Source: Coprobacillaceae bacterium
GTDB lineage: Bacteria; Bacillota_I; Bacilli_A; Erysipelotrichales; Coprobacillaceae
Direction: 5' to 3'
DNA length: 32,000 nt
Assembly (NCBI GenBank): GCA_963675915.1
Contig: OY780959.1
Coordinates: forward strand, 2,520,001-2,552,000
Under the pieces are notes generated by a model, which was given only the letters and a program-made list of their open reading frames with translations, ran no database searches and was not told the DNA's origin. Below are positions 29,236 through 32,000 of the stretch, piece after piece (the first letter of the stretch is position 1; every line of letters begins with the position of its first letter). Made by a program: the position numbers and the translations under genes.

Positions 29236-29874
29236 ATGGGACTTAAAAGTGTAAAAAAGAATTTGGATTCAATAGTGTATAACTTGCTTATTGAAAGTTT
29301 CTTCAATGAGGAATACCGTTCAGGACAGGTTATAAACCCGACTGAAGTGGCCCAAAAATACGAAATCAGCAAGACTCCGGTCTTACAGGCGTTAAAGCGA
29401 TTGAGTATTGAAAATGTTCTGGAAGTCAGTTCAACTGGTAAATATGCACTGATTGCACCAACCAAGGAAAAAATAGCCGATATCTGCGAACTGCGTTACA
29501 TGTTCGAAGAAGCGGCGGTAAAATCGGTTATCGAAAACTTTAGTGAAAAGGATAAAGCGGTTTTATTGGAGTTAGCTGAAAACTGCTCGAAAATGAAGAC
29601 TAATCTGGAACCTAAAGAGGTTTTGAGAGCTGATTACAGTTTTCATAAGAAATTGGTTGAACTTAAGGGTAATGACAATCTGTTTGAAGTATATGAAATA
29701 ATCTTGAACCGTTATATCATTTTGAAATATTCTTCCGGTTATGAAAACAGACTAGAAGGAATACTTGAAAAATCATATGTTTCCCATAAACATATTGTCG
29801 AATTAATGGAGAAAAAAGATTTGGATTCTTTACTGGGATACCTTAAAGATCATATTTACTTTCATCAAAATTAG
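29236..29874 (+). CDS. GntR family transcriptional regulator (FadR/FCD-type C-terminal domain)
   Basis: 212 aa with winged HTH SGQVINPTEVAQKYEISKTPVLQALKRL and an all-helical C-terminal half. RBS AAAGGAGG upstream. Confidence 0.85.
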   Translation: MGLKSVKKNLDSIVYNLLIESFFNEEYRSGQVINPTEVAQKYEISKTPVLQALKRLSIENVLEVSSTGKYALIAPTKEKIADICELRYMFEEAAVKSVIENFSEKDKAVLLELAENCSKMKTNLEPKEVLRADYSFHKKLVELKGNDNLFEVYEIILNRYIILKYSSGYENRLEGILEKSYVSHKHIVELMEKKDLDSLLGYLKDHIYFHQN

Positions 29875-29884
29875 TATAGGAAAC

Positions 29885-29907
29885 ATTATGCGCAGCCGAT
29901 GCGCATA
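29885..29907 (+). terminator. Hairpin after the GntR gene (weak terminator or attenuator)
   Basis: 9-bp stem TTATGCGCA / TGCGCATAA with loop GCCGA, followed by ATTTCT (poor T tract). Confidence 0.4.
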
Positions 29908-29923
29908 AATTTCTAACAATAAC

Positions 29924-29943
29924 GAAATTTTTAATTAAAAATT
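29924..29943 (+). promoter_or_regulatory. Perfect 20-nt palindrome in the promoter region of the M28B-like gene (candidate operator)
   Basis: AAATTTTTAATTAAAAATTT lies immediately 5' of a TATAAA(T) -10-like box (29944-29950), 33 nt upstream of ATG 29976. Confidence 0.35.
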
Positions 29944-29975
29944 TTATAAATTTCTTTCACGAGGAGGACAAAAAA

Positions 29976-31754
29976 ATGAGAGATTTAGACAAAGTATTAG
30001 AAATGCTAGATATAGATAGCGCCATGAAAAATGCCAATTGGATTGTTGATAATGTGGGTTGGAGAATTTCTGGGACCAAGTATGAAAAGCAAGTGCTGGC
30101 TTTCTTTGAAGAGTACTACGAGAAAGAAGGGATTACTTTTGATAAGTTGGAATATGATGCCCTGATTTTTTATCCTGGTGAAAGCAAATTTACTGTTTTG
30201 GATGATGAAGGTGAAGATTCTTGGGATATTCCATGTAACGCCTTCGCGCAAAGAGCCAATACACCTGAGGGTGGTTTCGTTAATGAGCTTATTTATGTTG
30301 GAAATGGTGCCATCAGTGACTATGAAGGATTGGATGTCGAAGGGAAAATCATCCTTTGTGATTTAACTTATGATCCACCTAGACCTGAAAAAATGAGAAT
30401 CGCAGAAATGTTTGGTGCTGATGGTCTGGTGATGATCAACTGGGGTCTTGAAGAACACAATACTGTTCCATCAGGATCGGTTAAGAATGTGTGGGGTAAC
30501 CCGACTTCGGAATCTGAAATGAAACGTCTTCCTAATATCCCGGCAGTTGGAATCAAGAGAAAAGATGGAAATCGCTTGGTAGAACGTCTGACAAGCGGTG
30601 AAAAGCTTATGGTTCGTTTGGATGCCCATGGTTTAGGTGAGTGGCGAAAATGTTATATTCCAATTGCCAAAGTAGAAGCTACTGGACCAGAGGCGGATAT
30701 GTTTGCAATCATGGGTGGTCACTACGATGCTTGGGGACCGGGGGCAACATGTAATGCCGCTGGTAATGCCGGACTTTTGGAAGTGGTTAAAGTCCTTCAT
30801 GCCAACAGAGATAAACTTAAAAGATCGATTTGGTTCCCATTCTGGTCAGGACATGAAACAGGAGGAATGGCCGGTTCATCTTACTTTGTCGATTACTTCT
30901 GGGATGAATTGACTGAAAACGGAATCAGCTACATGAATATGGACCAACTAGGTCTTGCTGACATTGATCAGTATGACACCTGGGCTTCTGGGGAGTTAGT
31001 TGATTATCATATTGAATCAGATAAGTACTTGATGGAAAAAGACATGCTTGATGAAGTCTGTCAAACTATGAAACCTGAAAAAGTGGGCGATCAGTCATTC
31101 TATGGAATCGGAATTCCTACCCTTCATAATATGGGACAGGATTCAGCGGAGAAAAAGGCCCTTTACCTGGGAGCAACACTAGGTTGGTGGTACCACAGTC
31201 ATTTGGATACTATGGAAATGGTGAGTCGTGAAACCCTTCTGACAAATTTACAAGTTATGACTGCCTACGTATACGGTCTTGTGACAAAAGACATCCTGCC
31301 ATTTGACCATACCAATAATTGTGAAATTATCGAGAAAAGACTGCGTGAGTTGAAAGAAGAATGCAAAGGTGTTATCGACTTGGATACCGCTCTTGATTGG
31401 AACCAAAAGCTTAAAGACAAGTTGGTGGCATTAAATGAACTTGCTGCCAATTCCCAACTTAGCCAAGAACAAAGAACAACACTTAATCGAGGTCTTTTGA
31501 AACTATCAAGAATTCTTTCGCCGATGCTGGCGACTGTTGCCGGTAAGTATGCTCAAGATAATTATGGATTGACCGCATTGAAAACTTTTATTCCTGCTCT
31601 TTGGGAAATGAAAGATTTAGGAACAATGGATCGCGATTCAGATGAATATAAAATGCTCTTTACGAAAATGAAAAGAGAACGTAATAAGGCTACTGATGCC
31701 ATTAAAGCAGCCTTCGAAAGTGCCTCAGTCACAGAAATGCTGATCAAGGGTTAA
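29976..31754 (+). CDS. Cytosolic M28B-type (glutamate carboxypeptidase II / transferrin-receptor-like) protein with PA domain and C-terminal helical domain; non-canonical active-site residues
   Basis: 592 aa with no signal peptide. By-eye alignment to recalled human GCPII blocks: GGHYDAWGPGATCNAAG vs GGHRDSWVFGGIDPQSG, FWSGHETGGMAGS vs SWDAEEFGLLGS, YMNMDQ vs YINADS, WWYHSHLDT vs PLYHSVYET, ILPFDH vs VLPFDC. RBS GAGGAGG upstream. Confidence 0.7.
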   Translation: MRDLDKVLEMLDIDSAMKNANWIVDNVGWRISGTKYEKQVLAFFEEYYEKEGITFDKLEYDALIFYPGESKFTVLDDEGEDSWDIPCNAFAQRANTPEGGFVNELIYVGNGAISDYEGLDVEGKIILCDLTYDPPRPEKMRIAEMFGADGLVMINWGLEEHNTVPSGSVKNVWGNPTSESEMKRLPNIPAVGIKRKDGNRLVERLTSGEKLMVRLDAHGLGEWRKCYIPIAKVEATGPEADMFAIMGGHYDAWGPGATCNAAGNAGLLEVVKVLHANRDKLKRSIWFPFWSGHETGGMAGSSYFVDYFWDELTENGISYMNMDQLGLADIDQYDTWASGELVDYHIESDKYLMEKDMLDEVCQTMKPEKVGDQSFYGIGIPTLHNMGQDSAEKKALYLGATLGWWYHSHLDTMEMVSRETLLTNLQVMTAYVYGLVTKDILPFDHTNNCEIIEKRLRELKEECKGVIDLDTALDWNQKLKDKLVALNELAANSQLSQEQRTTLNRGLLKLSRILSPMLATVAGKYAQDNYGLTALKTFIPALWEMKDLGTMDRDSDEYKMLFTKMKRERNKATDAIKAAFESASVTEMLIKG

Positions 31755-31771
31755 GGAAAGGAGTACAGGTT

Positions 31772-32000
31772 ATGGGACAATCATTAGAAGCGATCAAAGA
31801 GCAACTTAATCAAGTTATAGACCAGGAATTTGATGATCAGATTGCCTTTATGCAGGCGATGATTGAATTCGACAGTACTTTATTAAATGAAAAGCCGATG
31901 CAATCCTTTATCGCCCAAACAATGAGGGCGATGGGTTTGGATGTTGATAGCTTTGATATCGATGTCAGTAAAATTGCCGATATGCCGGGATATTCTCCTG
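31772..32000 (+). CDS. M20 family metallopeptidase/deacylase (ArgE/DapE/ACY1-like), N-terminal 76 aa only (cut by window edge)
   Basis: My own translation is MGQSLEAIKEQLNQVIDQEFDDQIAFMQAMIEFDSTLLNEKPMQSFIAQTMRAMGLDVDSFDIDVSKIADMPGYSP. This N-terminal pattern is typical of M20 enzymes. RBS AAGGAAAGGAG upstream. It is not in the ORF track because no stop falls within the window. Confidence 0.45.
   Translation, partial: MGQSLEAIKEQLNQVIDQEFDDQIAFMQAMIEFDSTLLNEKPMQSFIAQTMRAMGLDVDSFDIDVSKIADMPGYSP

Overview
All convincing genes in this window lie on the + strand. The segment looks like the chromosome of a low-GC Gram-positive (Bacillota-type) organism; the taxon call is inference from gene content and synteny. 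Left to right: (1) pyrC' (truncated by the window edge), pyrK, pyrD and the helicase pcrA. (2) An approx. 6.9 kb accessory insert that splits the usually adjacent pcrA-ligA pair. It holds two tandem paralogous OpuAC/ProX-type betaine-binding lipoproteins with no transporter partner, an apparently intact class C (IIC) group II intron sitting directly behind the second paralog's terminator hairpin, and a four-gene operon of small poorly characterised proteins (DUF1801 x2, pirin, DUF4256). (3) A tightly packed housekeeping block: ligA, camS-like, gatC, gatA, gatB, a membrane-anchored hypothetical and rlmD-like. (4) An AT-rich gap of about 640 nt, an overlapping phosphoribosyltransferase / dienelactone-hydrolase pair, and an approx. 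450 nt non-coding stretch rich in perfect palindromes that ends in a strong terminator. (5) A GltB-like FMN oxidoreductase. (6) An unusually organised polar-amino-acid ABC locus: permease, ATPase, AroM-like (racemase-fold) protein, two nearly identical binding lipoproteins, second permease, GntR regulator, a cytosolic GCPII/transferrin-receptor-like M28B protein with substituted active-site residues, and the start of an M20 peptidase cut by the window edge. My best candidate for an undescribed system is block (6), seen as an uptake and processing locus for an unknown amino-acid or peptide derivative. The PRTase-DLH pair is second. I found no rRNA, tRNA or CRISPR. All homology calls rest on motifs read by eye and on recalled family features, not on database searches.
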